A DNA stretch of 64,000 bases from contig BROI01000003.1 in the NCBI GenBank assembly GCA_027923505.1, forward strand, positions 682,001 through 746,000, in the 5' to 3' direction. The stretch comes from Mayamaea pseudoterrestris (lineage: Eukaryota). A model generated the notes under the pieces. It made no database searches. It was not told the origin of the DNA and saw only the letters and a list, made by a program, of their open reading frames with translations. The translations under genes were made by a program, and so were the position numbers. Position 1 is the first letter of the stretch. Every line of letters begins with the position of its first letter. Below are positions 35,142 through 46,914 of the stretch, piece after piece.

Positions 35142-35273
35142 TACTACTCTTTACTCTACAGTCCACCACAGAATCCTTGCGCATAGTACCGGCATGTGCG
35201 CAAGGATCTATCGACCGCAGTCCATGGAAGAAAGCATTCCGTCCGCCATTGCTTCATTTGGTTCATTTCAACC

Positions 35274-36463
35274 ATGACGGCTACTGATATTGCTTTGAAA
35301 TATATTTGCCCTAGTTTGGGCTGCATCATGGCTGCAATGGTCTTTGCAGGTGAGCAAACGTATTGTTGAGTGTCATGGAAGGAATTCGCCGCAGCAAATG
35401 CACCTTACGTGACCGCTCGACCTTGGGAGTATGCTCCATTACATGATTAAATGAAGCAGCAGTTGATGCGATGACTACTAATATCAAAACTTCCTAATGA
35501 GTCATTGGGATAGCGCAATTTATGTGTTTTTCATTGCTGCGGCCATGTCCAACTTGCATACTCCCTCACTCACGTTGCCATTCACACCATGTTTACTCGG
35601 CAAATTCTGCAGCTCCGATTCAAGACTTGCGTCGAGCCTTGGCGAATCATTCACTCGGCACGTTGAACCCATTTCCCTGGGTCATGATGACAGGAAACTG
35701 CCTTGGCTGGGTGGTTTACGGCTACTACACGCACGACGTTTTTGTCGTGGTGGCAAACGTTCCAGGTTTGGTTTTGAGTATTTGGCTCAATTCGGGAGCA
35801 AGCAAGCTGCAATATTACGAACGAAGTGTTGCAAATTGTCATCGTCATCAAGTTGGACTCACAGAACGTGCTAGGAGGACTCAAAATGCTGAACAGTGGG
35901 ATGCAGCGGCTGTTGTCGAACCAGATGGAATCGTTGAAACACGCAGCTACGACAGTACTGAATCAGTTGTCAGCGTTAGCAGTCATGCGAGTGCCATGGA
36001 TCCCGAGTCGCTCATTATGGTACCACAGGAAGTAGCGCTCATGCGCATGCTAGTGGCCTGGGCGGTGGTGTTCATGTGGGTCGGCTGGGTGAACCCGGCC
36101 AACGCCGCCAACACGATTGGCATTATCGTCAACATTAACCTTGTATTTTTCTACGGAGCGCCGTTGCAGTCCATCAAGACAGTCTTGGCGACTGGAAGCT
36201 CCGAAACCCTTCATGTTCCGACGCTCTACACGATGCTACTAAACTCCTTCTTTTGGACGGTGTATGGTTTGGCACAGCGAAACCCGATTATCATTTTGCC
36301 CAACGCCATTGGATTTTCATTGAGCACGTTTCAAGGCTTCTTGATCATGCTTTACCCAAGAAAATACCGAACGGTCCATGAACCGCTTAACCAGAACGAA
36401 GAGGCTGAGTTTGTGGGTGGTGATGGTCAGCGACGAATACCAGACGCGATGGAGGTCGTTTAG
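35274..36463 (+). CDS. SWEET: SWEET/MtN3-saliva sugar transporter; intron 35350-35612
   Basis: Exon 1 MTATDIALKYICPSLG...VFA joins APIQDL. Motifs LNPFPW, NCLGWVVYG, FFYGAPL, FWTVYG and PNAIG. Confidence 0.9.
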
Positions 36464-36571
36464 AATGGTGTCTATTATGATACGGATCGGTCGGAATTGG
36501 AAGGCCTTGATAGCTTAAAAGTGGGGATGCATAATATAACATACATGATAGAATAGCGATACAAAACTATT

Positions 36572-38155
36572 TTATATAAAGTGATACTTAGCTATCGTCA
36601 AAAGCCCGTCCTTTTGCCTAAGAACTGCTTTCGTATGCATCATGCATTTGCGGACCGATTCAACGTCGCAACCAAGCTTTCCGTAGCGAATCATATGCGC
36701 CTTCTTCAGTTGCTCGGTCCAAAATCGAAGCTTGGGCAGTGTCTTGGATTGATCTGTCGCAGATTGGTGCATGGCACCAACGAGATCATAGCAAAGATGC
36801 AGAATCTGGGTGAATGCTTACTTGAGATATCGTGACTGCACATGATGCTGAATATCAATCCCAATGACACGATACTTACCGACAAGTCTTCAGTACTCGC
36901 ATTGTGACAAGCACAAAAACTAAAGTGCAGTTGGGTGGCAATCGCCAAGACTTCGTCTCGTGTAGCATCATCTTCAGGCGAACTGCCACACTTGGTTTTC
37001 AGCTCAGCCAAGGTGGCATTCAAGTAGTTCATATGCAGATAGGTGTATCCGACACGAAGATACCGCTTCGCTTCATTCGACAGTGGCGATTCAGCTCCAA
37101 ACAATTGCGCATTTAGTCGTTGAAACGTCGCAAACAGCGATTGCGTTTGCTCAGAGTCCAACGCTGCAACGTTTACGAGGTGATCGTTCCACTCGTCTAC
37201 AGCAGGTTCAACTGTTCGCAACGCTTCTTCCTCGACGCGACATCTCTGACATTTGCAAACAAAACCATGCTGTTGCTGCAGTATCTTTTGACGCCGATGA
37301 AACTCCATGGTTGGTGGCAAGTAGCTCCAAACGACTTCGTCGCCAGCTGCAACATCTTGACCGGCATGCACCACCATGACTTCTCCAACATAAACGCGCA
37401 CAGCATTCGCCACGCATGAGTGATTCATCATGGCAGCCAATGGATACATGCCAAGCAAATGTGGAGGTAGTTTGGGCGGCGGATGCGGCGACGATCGATG
37501 GCGAGTCCAAAACGATTGCAGGCTATCATACGTGCAAAAATCGGGCCCAAACGCTAGATTTCGTGTCGAAGCGAACAACAGGTCGTAAGAGTATTGCTAT
37601 ACATGCATAAAATACTCGACGTGCAAGAGACATACCATTACGTCGGATAATCTGCAAAAGAACGTCGTCGGAAAGGTTTTGTATCAAGTCCTCGTCAATG
37701 GGCTCTTTATCATTCCCCAGCAGTAGTTGCATATTGTTCGTAGTATCAAAAGGAAGTTCCTCCAAGTTCTCTGTATTTACGCCGCCAATAAGAGCCAGGA
37801 TGCAACGTATAGCGCCCCAATCCGTTCGCTTGTCAATTGTACTTCGCATTGCCTGGAGCAAGGACTGCTCGGCAATTTCAGCCAAGTCTGCTGCTTCCGA
37901 CGAGAGAAACGAGTCTCGAACTTGTTCCTTGTCACATTGAAACATCGCTGGAGTTACAAACAAACATGTTCCGGCTTTTATTGCATCAGTAACGACGAGA
38001 CCTCGACCATGAAGGACCGCATTTTTAGAGACGACCAGACTAGGGTGGATACAGGAAGCAGATCCCGACGCAGTATCATCCAGTTCATTGGAACCAAAAA
38101 GAAGAACAGACAAGTCTTTGGGGTCGACAAATGGTTTAGGTGGCATGATGAGCAT
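36572..38155 (-). CDS. SMYD-like SET-domain methyltransferase; introns 37554-37635 and 36806-36879
   Basis: HGRGLV, spliced RRNAFG, AMMNHSCVANA, EVVWSY and post-SET FVCKCQRC. Confidence 0.88.
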
Positions 38156-38300
38156 TGACGCAAGGTGCGCCGTTGCTTTTTGTCCATGGTGAGTCGACAA
38201 CGCCGCGATGGCTGGCGACAACCTGAGTAACGCTAAGACTAGATGCGAGACTTAAAAAGTGGCGCGACGACGAGCGCTTCACAATTTCGTGCAATCGACC

Positions 38301-39603
38301 ATGGAGATCATGGCGGTTTCAAAGAGATTTCCACGTCAATTACTATACAGAGTGTATTTAATATTACTATTGTTCTCGGTTAGAAAAGTTAGAGCTTTTG
38401 TTGGCCAAAGATCAACACTGCAACGTGAACGAATAGCGCGATCATCGTCGTCATCTTCGCCGTCGTCTCTATTGGTGCGAGCGTCCTTCTCGGACCCAAA
38501 TACGCGTCTCAGTGTTTCAAAAAAAGAGTCAATTTGGGAAAAGATTGGTGAAATTTTTGTCAAGATCAACTACGATGCATCAGGTAATCCATCTGACGCA
38601 GCTGCCTTTCAAAGATACGTCCAAGTCGTGTCGACCCTGCGTGTGGGCTTTCCGTCCCTCGCATGCGCAACAGTTGCCAAAATGATATATCCAAGTCTTT
38701 CCATGGCCGTTGCGAGTCAAATACACGACCAAGGAGTCTTTGACGTGGTGGCCAATGACTATAGCCAGTACATACAGAACGTTTTGACAACATCGGGCTT
38801 GGTGTTTTCTCTCCTTATTGGACAAACCTACTACTTTATGGTGAGTATCATCGATTAAAAAAGAACGCATGAAACCAATGATTGTCCGTACTAACTAACA
38901 ACTGCCTTACGTGCTTCTCCTTTAACAGTATCAGCAACAGGAGGCAATATACGTGGCGCTGTTCGAGGAAGTGTCCATGGCCAAGTCGCTTTTGGAACAA
39001 ATTGCACTCGTATGCCAAGGCCGCGACGCACTCTACCAGCGCATCTTGTCATGCATGAACGCATATATCAGGGATGACTTGGTTCGCTTCAATGAGATTG
39101 ATCCGGCCGTCATGCTTTCGGCTCGGCCGGTGGACGACCCTCTTGAAGATATCTTGTACCTTACGTCTGTTGGCGAACCATCAATTGTTTACCAAACGGT
39201 GCGGAGCCTTCGAAGCGCTAGAGCCCAGCGACTAGGTGCGTTGCAGCGAAAGTTGCCGCCGATTCATCGGACGCTCCTTTGGGCCTTGGCTGCCATTGAG
39301 CTGTGCAGCTTCCCGTTGCTCGGGGCAGGATCGCAAACCATTGGAGGGCCTGAAATTCTGATAGTACAGTCGTGGTATCTGTCGTTCATTGTGTTCGGGA
39401 TTTTCTTGGTAATGGGCGTCATTGAAGAGCTTCAAATGCCAGGCGAAGTGGGAGCATACAATGCTCGGACTGTACTAATGGTCATGGTAGGGGGACTCAA
39501 GGAGGAGTTGCGACAGCGCATGGAAGGTTCCCTTGCACCGAGCTTGTTTGAGCCGTCTGTCGATACATATAATATGCCAGTTGAAGCTGACGGCAATGGA
39601 TGA
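38301..39603 (+). CDS. Plastid-targeted multi-pass membrane protein, DUF4239/bestrophin-like; intron 38841-38928
   Basis: Signal peptide ending VRA-F, GLVFSLLIGQT...QQEAIY and LRSARAQRLGALQRKLP followed by two TM helices. Family assignment is from recalled pattern. Confidence 0.6.
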
Positions 39604-39899
39604 GGTTGTGATGTGCTTTACTGGCACATTGATGACTCCAGCGTTATCTATGAGCTGGTAGCATCATTGGTTGTCAAACAACCAACAGGAACTATTAGCT
39701 AAGTTGCTGGACAACTATACATATGCACTTAGAGGAGGACTTTTCTTTGCTGTGTATGGTATTATAATAGTATGATATGAGTATGGATCTTACATTTGAT
39801 GCCGTAATAGCGTGAAGGGGCCAGTGAAAAGGGCATTGAAGGGCTCGACCTTGCGAATACTGGTGGACTACAAAAGTCGCGATCAAACTTTGACGACCA

Positions 39900-41300
39900 T
39901 TACAGCTCCAGATCCATATCGAAAGCTCCTTCAACGTCCGGGCTGCTTCCAAGTGTAGATGCCGTAGGATAGAATGCGTCTGGGTGAATGTGCTGCTCCT
40001 GTGCTTGATGGTCTCCGCGCTCAAGTCCGTGATCAGTTTGCCCATGCTGATTATGATGGTTTTGAGGAGAAGAATCAAAAACTCCACGGTACGTTGTTTC
40101 TTCTGAAGCCAAACTGGTGGCGCGATGCAGCTCTGCGGACGATCCGTGGTTGTTGTATCTATTGCTGGTGCGTCGCTCGTTTCCAGCAGCAATCATTCCA
40201 ACGTCCCGCAGGACAAAACTCGAGTCAGTCACGATGGCTTGCTGCAATTGTCGATGAGGCATGGGGTCGGACAAGGTGCGCGACATAAGTGTGTTATGTC
40301 CGAGTTCATTTCGGGGTCGCGTCTCTACCGGTAGTTCTTCGTCAACTTTGATGACGGCGACTTGCGCACAACTAGGCAGCATGCGCGACTGCAAGACTTC
40401 GAGCGCAGTCAATGATGTGGAAAGCATATTATCCACGTCAAAATCCGCACCCGTTGGTTCATAGAGAGACTGGGGCTGCAACTGGAACGGTGGCGGGGAT
40501 TGTCGTCCTTCCATGCGTCGTTCATCATCCCCGCTGAGCAAAGGCGATGCTTGCAACATGTCGCCCAGCAGCGATCCCTGTTTTTTGAATGCAGTCGAGC
40601 CCTCAGAAAGCTCCGTTGCCGACGTTGATTTCGCGCTTCTCATTCGTTCTCCAATGGATAAAAATTGCGATCCTTGCGCAGGCAAAGATGCTGCCAGTTC
40701 TCCGCCTTGGAACCGAACTCGATGCTGATGCAATTGTCTAATTCCTCCTGTGGCTCGATCTCGATAGCTGGCTGGGCCGTCGAGAAATTTACCTCGCATG
40801 TGAGATTCCCTCAATGAACCGTAGCTAACCTTATTGTTGTCAATGTGTAACGTGTCCTGGTTTCCAGACTCTTGATCCGCCAGGAACATTGGCGGAGGTA
40901 GCATCGTCTGATTATGGTTCAAACTCTGCAGCATGTGGTCACTATTTCTTGTCGGCATGGATCCTAGCATCGGCGCTCGTAGCAACTGAATTGGCAATGA
41001 CTGTGCCGCATTCGCATTCGGCCTTAAATTGTCTGCATAATTATTTGCATCTTCATCGTCGCTGTCATCGCTCGTGTAGTAGGGATCATTAGCTGGTGAT
41101 CTAGCAATAGCAATAGGATTGGATCGTTGCGACTGTAAAGCATTCAATCCTTGCATGATTTTACCATCATTACTATGGCAAGAGGATGATGATCTTTGCG
41201 AGCTTAAATCTTCGGAGGAACGACCAGGTGATGCGGCACCTGGCGTATCCACTTTGCTTGAACATTTTGAGTCGTGAATTCCAGAAAGCTGATGCTCCAT
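39900..41300 (-). CDS. Hypothetical low-complexity protein
   Basis: 466-aa ATG ORF ending SPDVEGAFDMDLEL. Confidence 0.7.
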   Translation of the reverse strand: MEHQLSGIHDSKCSSKVDTPGAASPGRSSEDLSSQRSSSSCHSNDGKIMQGLNALQSQRSNPIAIARSPANDPYYTSDDSDDEDANNYADNLRPNANAAQSLPIQLLRAPMLGSMPTRNSDHMLQSLNHNQTMLPPPMFLADQESGNQDTLHIDNNKVSYGSLRESHMRGKFLDGPASYRDRATGGIRQLHQHRVRFQGGELAASLPAQGSQFLSIGERMRSAKSTSATELSEGSTAFKKQGSLLGDMLQASPLLSGDDERRMEGRQSPPPFQLQPQSLYEPTGADFDVDNMLSTSLTALEVLQSRMLPSCAQVAVIKVDEELPVETRPRNELGHNTLMSRTLSDPMPHRQLQQAIVTDSSFVLRDVGMIAAGNERRTSNRYNNHGSSAELHRATSLASEETTYRGVFDSSPQNHHNQHGQTDHGLERGDHQAQEQHIHPDAFYPTASTLGSSPDVEGAFDMDLEL

Positions 41301-41563
41301 CCCACGTCTGCTAATTACTTTACACTAACTCAGACTTAGTTAGAAACGCAAATCGACTCTCGCCATGGTGGAAGAGCGTGGAATGCCGCAAAGCATGATG
41401 TTTGCTGCTCTGTCATGCGGCGTCGCACCGCAAATGATAGGAATCGTGAATTGACACGTGGCATGTCGTACCGTTAGTGACAGCTTAAACTCGCGAAGAG
41501 TTTTCCAGCCATCTCCTTTCATTCCTTCCGTCTCCTTGCTCATCTGGTCCCGACTGCATTGTA

Positions 41564-42619
41564 ATGAGTCCACAAACATGGTTACTAGCGTCTATATTGG
41601 CAGTCAGCCTTCTTAAAATTGATGGCGCTTCCCGCTCAAGGTTTCACGCTCGGCCACGCATCCTGCAGCCGATCCGAGGAGGTTCGTCGGATCCGCGTCT
41701 CATGGCACAAAAAATTTCGCCACAATACACTCCGGAAGTGGGAGAAGTAGATCCTAGGAATCAGCAATATGAACAGCCACAGGAATATGGATACGTGGAT
41801 GATGTAGGGCTACCCAACACATTTGGTGATGTTAACGACGATCCCATGCACGAAACAGTTCAGGATCGTCTCGATCATTGGAAGCAAAGGCAGCAAGAGT
41901 ACGCAGCAACGGCCCAGGCCAGTGCTCGAGACGAACAAGGACGAGTAAAGCTAATGATGTCCGTGTCCAAGGGATCTAGGGCTGTCATGTTCATCATTTT
42001 GCTTTTTCGAGCCTTGTTTCTGTATGAGGTCGCAGACAAGTATTCTGGAATGAGACGATTGATGCTAGTGATTCCGGTATGCCTGTTGCTGGTCGGAAAC
42101 CTGGCCGGAGTAGTGGCGAGTTTCACTTCACCTTCTCATTCATCGAAAAAGAGGCTAAAGGTTAGTCGCTTGCCGTCGGTGTATTGCTTTGATTCATCAG
42201 TCATCAGTGGTGCTGATTTGCTGATCGCTTTGTCCACGTATGATTACCTCTGCCGCACCATTTTTTGCTCGCTCACCCTCCCTTGTTTGCTGCAGGCTAT
42301 TCTGAACTGCGACAAATTTGTCGAGGCTTTATTGATTGTGTTTTGCTTTCTGCGGCTCACCATCCTGCCGTCCAAGTATACGGCGCGAGAGGTTTACGTC
42401 GCGTCTGTATTCCATTCCGTATTTTTCATCATTCAGGCGCAGGCCTTTACGAAACTATCATGGGACGACAATGGTCCGACACCTGCCGCAGTTACAATGA
42501 ATAGCGATGGTTTATCAGACAATGCATTACGGCAGCCCGGCCTTCAACCTGAATTGCGGGGGCCTCAGCTGCCGTCTGGACGGAATCAAGACTTTCCTTC
42601 GATACAACGGCGCAATTAG
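41564..42619 (+). CDS. Secretory-pathway membrane protein (about 4 TM); probable in-frame intron 42161-42295
   Basis: Signal peptide, IRGG motif and hydrophobic segments. AAG|GTTAGT...TGCAG|GCT intron of 135 nt. Confidence 0.7.
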   Translation: MSPQTWLLASILAVSLLKIDGASRSRFHARPRILQPIRGGSSDPRLMAQKISPQYTPEVGEVDPRNQQYEQPQEYGYVDDVGLPNTFGDVNDDPMHETVQDRLDHWKQRQQEYAATAQASARDEQGRVKLMMSVSKGSRAVMFIILLFRALFLYEVADKYSGMRRLMLVIPVCLLLVGNLAGVVASFTSPSHSSKKRLKVSRLPSVYCFDSSVISGADLLIALSTYDYLCRTIFCSLTLPCLLQAILNCDKFVEALLIVFCFLRLTILPSKYTAREVYVASVFHSVFFIIQAQAFTKLSWDDNGPTPAAVTMNSDGLSDNALRQPGLQPELRGPQLPSGRNQDFPSIQRRN

Positions 42620-43227
42620 TGACGTGACGATATGGCTTGTAGCACGGTTAATTTTAAAAGTTGGTTGAAGTATCTACTTTTGTAATCTACAGAAATGCAG
42701 GTATGTCGTGCCATGCGAAGCCTTAACCTCATTGGGACGGCGAGGCCCATGTGACATCTGTAACCTATTGATTGCTCGTCGCTGACATATGGGGAGACGG
42801 TCTACAGGATAGCTGTATAAATATAAACATTTTTTAACTCTCTCAACGCTAATGGCACGAGGCAGAAACATCTTACGCGTCTGCATACCGACGACTAGGA
42901 CTTCTCGTATTGAATGCATTGCTGAAATCCGAGAGCCATGGCCACTATCGTAACTGCGTGCAGCAGATTCCTGGACTTCGATAGTATCACTCATTTTTTG
43001 ACGGAGACTGGGCTTGTCATGAAATGTCCAACTCGTCGAGAAGCTGCTCATACGATATGATGCCGTAAAAAACTGTCCCATGGTGGATGGGCAGTTGCGT
43101 GTGGTTCTCTTCACCTAAAAGTTTATAGAATATAGTGGAGTTTACCTTCATATCTGATTTTCAGATTATATAATTTACAGTGAATGATCCACTACATTTT
43201 TTTCATGCAAAATGCAATCTGCACATT

Positions 43228-44247
43228 TTACTTGCTGGTATTCTCCATGAGATCGCAAGGACGCGACAATATCGTGTCTGTGATCGTACTAGTTTCTTTT
43301 GGTACTTGCATTGGCGTCGTCGCGCTATGTTGCTTTCGTATTGACCCTGCCGTTGGGCATCGCATCAAGCACGGAACATTCTTGGCTTCAAGTTCGTCCG
43401 CCTCGTTCGGCACCTTGCCAAAGGAGAATTGACACTCGAATGTTTCATAGTTGGGTTCCATGGTAAGCGGCAGTCCCATTTCCTGCGCAAAGAATGCTTG
43501 TGTCGGAATTTTGCAGCTATTGACGCAGACAGACGCGCATCCCGACTCTTCGAGAAATCGACAGCGCTTGACCAAGAGTCCTTGGTTTGGACCGACGATA
43601 ACAGCATCTTCGCCGTCTGGTCCAGCTGCGACAACGTCATTGATTTCACACTCGCCCATGAGCCAGGTTCCAGCCACCTTGGTGGCCCATGCATTCATGC
43701 GGGCACTAAACTTTGGAAAGGGTGACGCAAAGAGTCGAGCGTAGGCTGACGGCAACCAAAATGGAAACAAACTTTTGAGGACATCCAACGCCTTTTGCTG
43801 TACGATTGTTCTGTTTGGGTACTTGCGATTCATCTTGAGTGCAATGTCAGTAATGCCTCGAAAGTCGTCAGTGGCGTAGGTAGAGTTGAGTTGCGTATGT
43901 TCGGCGAGGGCCTTTCGAAACACTGTCAGAAAGAGTTTGTCAATCTTGCGACCGAGAGGGCCGACAATATTTTCATAGTCTGGTTTAGTTTCTCTGGGAG
44001 GTCCTCGTATAGCCGATTCCCAATATGTTGCGTTTCGTATGGGAAATTTAGTCGGTGAAATTTGCTGACTGCCGTCGGCCGCTGATGCCGACGACGACAA
44101 AAGAACTGTCGACGGGAAGCCCCTAGAAGCAAATTTTGATCTTCGTCGAGTTCCCAGTTGAAATCCAAACGTCGTTTCTGTACACACTGAGCATAGTGCG
44201 ACTAATACAATGCTAGACTTGACGCTGGCGGAGGCGACGATTCCCAT
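43228..44247 (-). CDS. Beta-carotene isomerase D27-like (DUF4033)
   Basis: WLMGEC and RCRFLEESGCASVCVNSCKIPTQAFF.QEMGLPLTMEPNYE..ECQFSFG. Bipartite presequence. Confidence 0.9.
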   Translation of the reverse strand: MGIVASASVKSSIVLVALCSVCTETTFGFQLGTRRRSKFASRGFPSTVLLSSSASAADGSQQISPTKFPIRNATYWESAIRGPPRETKPDYENIVGPLGRKIDKLFLTVFRKALAEHTQLNSTYATDDFRGITDIALKMNRKYPNRTIVQQKALDVLKSLFPFWLPSAYARLFASPFPKFSARMNAWATKVAGTWLMGECEINDVVAAGPDGEDAVIVGPNQGLLVKRCRFLEESGCASVCVNSCKIPTQAFFAQEMGLPLTMEPNYETFECQFSFGKVPNEADELEAKNVPCLMRCPTAGSIRKQHSATTPMQVPKETSTITDTILSRPCDLMENTSK

Positions 44248-44464
44248 GGTCGATTCTCATGATCGAACGAATGATGATGAAACGCGGCGGTTTCATCGTC
44301 GTGAATGTAAAGCGGCACTCAAAAGTCAGACGGCACATGCTTCATCGCTCGCTGCGCGGCAGAGGGCGACCATGATGAAGGACCGCAAAAAACGGCTGCG
44401 CTTTCGATTGGCTCCTCTCGCGCTCTTGCTGCAACCGGTGTTTCACTGACGAACCATACGGAAC

Positions 44465-46663
44465 ATGTCTACTAAATTTCCATCAAGTAGATTTATGACA
44501 CGATCATTGGCTCTGTTGCTTGGCCTCATGAGCTCGCGGACATCTGCCGTGTTGCAAACCGCCCAAATTGATGTTTATTTAGGAGACTACCCAGCCTCCA
44601 AAAGCTCTCCCTCCTACACGCTACTTGCGTCACAAGCTTCCTTTGGCGCGTACCCCGAAATGATTGGGGAAAGTCCGGAAGGAAACCCCGCATGGGAGCT
44701 TGTTCTACCACCCGATGACAATCCACTTTTATGCTTAAACATTACGAGTAATGCGGCCGCAATGAAAGACAATACTGTACTCCTTGTCCCAAGGGGTACC
44801 TGTACATTTGAAACAAAAGCTCTTCATGCGCAGCAGCTTGGAGCTATGGGAATTATCATTCACGGAAGCCTTGCGAGTCGCTATGGCTATAATGAATCCA
44901 CGAGTCAAACGCAGTGGCCATTGGAATACTATGACTATGATTGCTCCAAGGGACGAACCATGATTCCCAAGTCAAGCCTCTCTTTTGATCCTGTTCCATA
45001 TAACTCAGAAATTAATGATGCAATGCTTTCTGGACGTAGCAACTCGTGCTCGTCCGACGCTACTTGTCCCTCGCAGGCTTGCTTGCTGACGGGCCGCAAC
45101 GCTACGAGCAGCAGCAGCTCTGGCGGAGACACAATGGAAGCATGCTGCGCATGGGACTTGTCCATATTTTTATATTCCGACAATGGGCATAAAGATGACG
45201 ATTTGGCAGCTACTGTAAAGATTCCAGCCGCATACTTGACCATGCAACAAGCCAATGACTTGCTGCGCGATATGAAAGCCTACTCGACAATTCAAATTGT
45301 CCTTTCGGAGCGATGGCGTTCCGATTACAATACCAGCAGCTACGTGATCTGGGCACTGGGAGTGGCAGTGGCAGCCGCGGCGGCATACCTTTCGGCTGGC
45401 GACTACCACTATGTCATTCGGCAACATATCAAACGACAATCATCACGAAGCGCCAATTCAAACCCAGCGTCTGACTCATCGCAACCGCCTGTACGTCCAT
45501 CGATACAGGCGGAAGACAGCATGGAACTCACGGCGGCTCATGCACTCGGCTTCATTGTCATGGCTTCGTCCAGTCTATTGATTCTCTTTTACTTTAAAAT
45601 CTACGGAATCGTCAAGTTGATGTACGGTCTTGGTTGTTCCAAAGCAGTCAGCCAAGTGTTGCTTGATCCGCTCGTGGCACAGGCGCAGAAGCGACTCCAG
45701 GTTCGAAACAAGGTTGTTTGGCGCACTGGCACGGAGGACTTTGGCGACATTACGGTCCGAGACGTTGCGTCACATGTTATTGGCTACACGTTCGGCCTCA
45801 CTTGGTTGTATTTTGCATTCATGGTTCGACATCCCGATACTATTACCTTTTACTGGGTGATGCAAGATGTCTTTGGAGCATGCATGTGCGTCATGTTTCT
45901 ACAGACGATCCGATTGAACAGTGTGCGGGTAGCGACAATCCTGTTGCTGGTGGCATTCTTTTACGACATTTTCTTTGTCTTTGTGACACCTCTTTTGTTC
46001 AAGGGCAAGTCTGTCATGATTACAGTGGCCACATCGGGTGGTCCGCCGACGGCAGATCCAATGTGGTGCGAGCGTTACCCCGACGACGCCAATTGCCGGG
46101 GAGGCGATCCGCTTCCCATGCTCTTTACCATTCCACGCATCAATGACTACCAAGGCGGGTCTAGCTTGTTAGGACTGGGAGATATTGTTCTGCCGGGCCT
46201 TTTAATTAGCTTTGGAGCCCGCTTTGATGCGGCAAAGTCACTTCTTGGTATATTGGGCGGCGGAAATGGTCTGCTAAATTCGTACGCGAGCTGTCCCGAA
46301 CGCAAATATTGCTTTCATTGCTCAGTTTGCAGCGGCGGTTACTTTTTGCCATTGGTAATTTCATATGCCGTTGGCTTGGCTATGGCAAATGCTGCAGTCT
46401 ATTGGATGCAGATGGGTCAGCCTGCTCTGTTGTATCTCGTCCCATGCTGCCTTGGGACGCTCACTTTTATGGGATGGAGGCGACAGGAGCTGAAAGACCT
46501 CTGGGATGGACCAAAGGCCATTCGGGCAGTCGATAATATTATATACGGCGAAATGGAAGCGCCGCCGCCGACCACGGGTCACGAACCATTGCCGAGCTCG
46601 GACGACGATGGCGGCCTCGAGACGCCAATGGTGCCTTCAGCACAGGAAGATCTCGATAGATAG
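44465..46663 (+). CDS. Signal peptide peptidase-like (SPPL) aspartic protease with PA domain
   Basis: LVPRGTCTFETKA (PA domain), FFYDIFFVF, LGLGDIVLPG and GQPALLYLVP. Confidence 0.95.
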   Translation: MSTKFPSSRFMTRSLALLLGLMSSRTSAVLQTAQIDVYLGDYPASKSSPSYTLLASQASFGAYPEMIGESPEGNPAWELVLPPDDNPLLCLNITSNAAAMKDNTVLLVPRGTCTFETKALHAQQLGAMGIIIHGSLASRYGYNESTSQTQWPLEYYDYDCSKGRTMIPKSSLSFDPVPYNSEINDAMLSGRSNSCSSDATCPSQACLLTGRNATSSSSSGGDTMEACCAWDLSIFLYSDNGHKDDDLAATVKIPAAYLTMQQANDLLRDMKAYSTIQIVLSERWRSDYNTSSYVIWALGVAVAAAAAYLSAGDYHYVIRQHIKRQSSRSANSNPASDSSQPPVRPSIQAEDSMELTAAHALGFIVMASSSLLILFYFKIYGIVKLMYGLGCSKAVSQVLLDPLVAQAQKRLQVRNKVVWRTGTEDFGDITVRDVASHVIGYTFGLTWLYFAFMVRHPDTITFYWVMQDVFGACMCVMFLQTIRLNSVRVATILLLVAFFYDIFFVFVTPLLFKGKSVMITVATSGGPPTADPMWCERYPDDANCRGGDPLPMLFTIPRINDYQGGSSLLGLGDIVLPGLLISFGARFDAAKSLLGILGGGNGLLNSYASCPERKYCFHCSVCSGGYFLPLVISYAVGLAMANAAVYWMQMGQPALLYLVPCCLGTLTFMGWRRQELKDLWDGPKAIRAVDNIIYGEMEAPPPTTGHEPLPSSDDDGGLETPMVPSAQEDLDR

Positions 46664-46914
46664 ATGCAGAACCCACTCGTTCATATATATTAACATAGCA
46701 AAGCCATTGCTTATCTAATGTTTTATTTATATAAGTTTCTATATGCTTTATTGCGTGATGGTTTCAAGAATGTGTGTTAACGATCGCTGGGATATGCGAC
46801 CAATCGTCTTGTAAATCTTGGTCAAAAATATAAATTTTAATGGCAACTGGGAATGGCAATGTTTCTAGCCATCACCACTATCTGCTGCGGTGTATTTGTG
46901 TCAATGGCCGCTCC

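Noticed and set aside
42674..43114. 146-aa minus-strand ORF between convergent genes
   Set aside because: GTG start, no motif and AT-rich surroundings; probably non-coding.
17647..44247. Plastid isoprenoid gene cluster (chlP, D27)
   Set aside because: The genes are about 24 kb apart with many unrelated genes between them, and plastid-targeted genes are common in diatom genomes.
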